Source: Azolla caroliniana
Lineage: Eukaryota; Plantae; Polypodiophyta
DNA length: 64,000 nucleotides
Reading direction: 5' to 3'
NCBI GenBank assembly: GCA_043228905.1
Contig: JBHGNT010000018.1
Location: 4,774,001 to 4,838,000, forward strand
The translations under genes were made by a program, and so were the position numbers. This document shows, piece by piece, positions 63,640-64,000 of the stretch (positions are counted from its first letter, which is position 1; the number at the start of each line of letters is the position of its first letter). The notes beneath the pieces are model-generated. The model did not search any database, was not told where the DNA came from, and saw nothing but the letters and a program-made list of their open reading frames with translations.

Positions 63640-64000
63640 CTTCAAATCATAGCTGGAATGAATGTGTTGCACGCCGCTTAGAGGCGGGAAATCGAGCATA
63701 TTATGCATTTGAGAACACATGCAATCTTGGAGATATTAAGTGTTGGGTTCTCAAGAAATACCTTTTCAACACTTTGGTGACACCAATGCTTCTCTAGGGG
63801 GTTGGAAGTATGGGGTGGTAGCGTCCCTAAATCTACTTGGAAAGAGTTTGAAAATGTCCAAAAACATTTTCTTACAAAGTTTCTACAATTTAAAGAAACA
63901 AATGCCCTACACCCTCCTCCTTGAGACAGGATCACTTCCCATTGAGATCATGACCATGGAAAGGGTTGTTGAATACATGCTTAAGGTTAAAAAAAGTCCC
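63640..64000 (+). mobile_element. Second RTE-like fragment, runs off window end
   Basis: Colinear with 16578-16937 (cttcaaatcatag...gcttaaggtt.aaaaaagtccc). Confidence 0.9.

Overview
AT-rich, intron-containing land-plant genomic DNA. A non-seed plant such as a fern or lycophyte is an inference from gene divergence and repeat types. Five host genes were reconstructed exon by exon, all on the minus strand: a CYP72-clan (CYP735/714/715-like) cytochrome P450 that runs off the window start, a VAT-1/quinone-oxidoreductase-like MDR dehydrogenase, an INO80D/KANSL2-like zf-C3Hc3H protein, ORC3 (16 exons, with a probable U12 intron) and a pectin methylesterase. Between them lie decayed Gypsy, Copia, L1, RTE, SINE and MULE-like remnants, two solo LTRs with target-site duplications (TSDs) and several tandem arrays. 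The standout is an intact, GC/CpG-rich 7330-bp Ty3/Gypsy element (19403-26732). It has apparently identical 800-bp LTRs, a 4-bp TSD (ACGT) and an 18-nt PBS complementary to plant tRNA-Trp. Its protease is encoded in the gag frame, and a G_GAT_TTT slippery site plus a predicted pseudoknot gives a -1 frameshift into RT-RH-IN. It has inserted into a coding exon of the MDR gene, truncating this allele.
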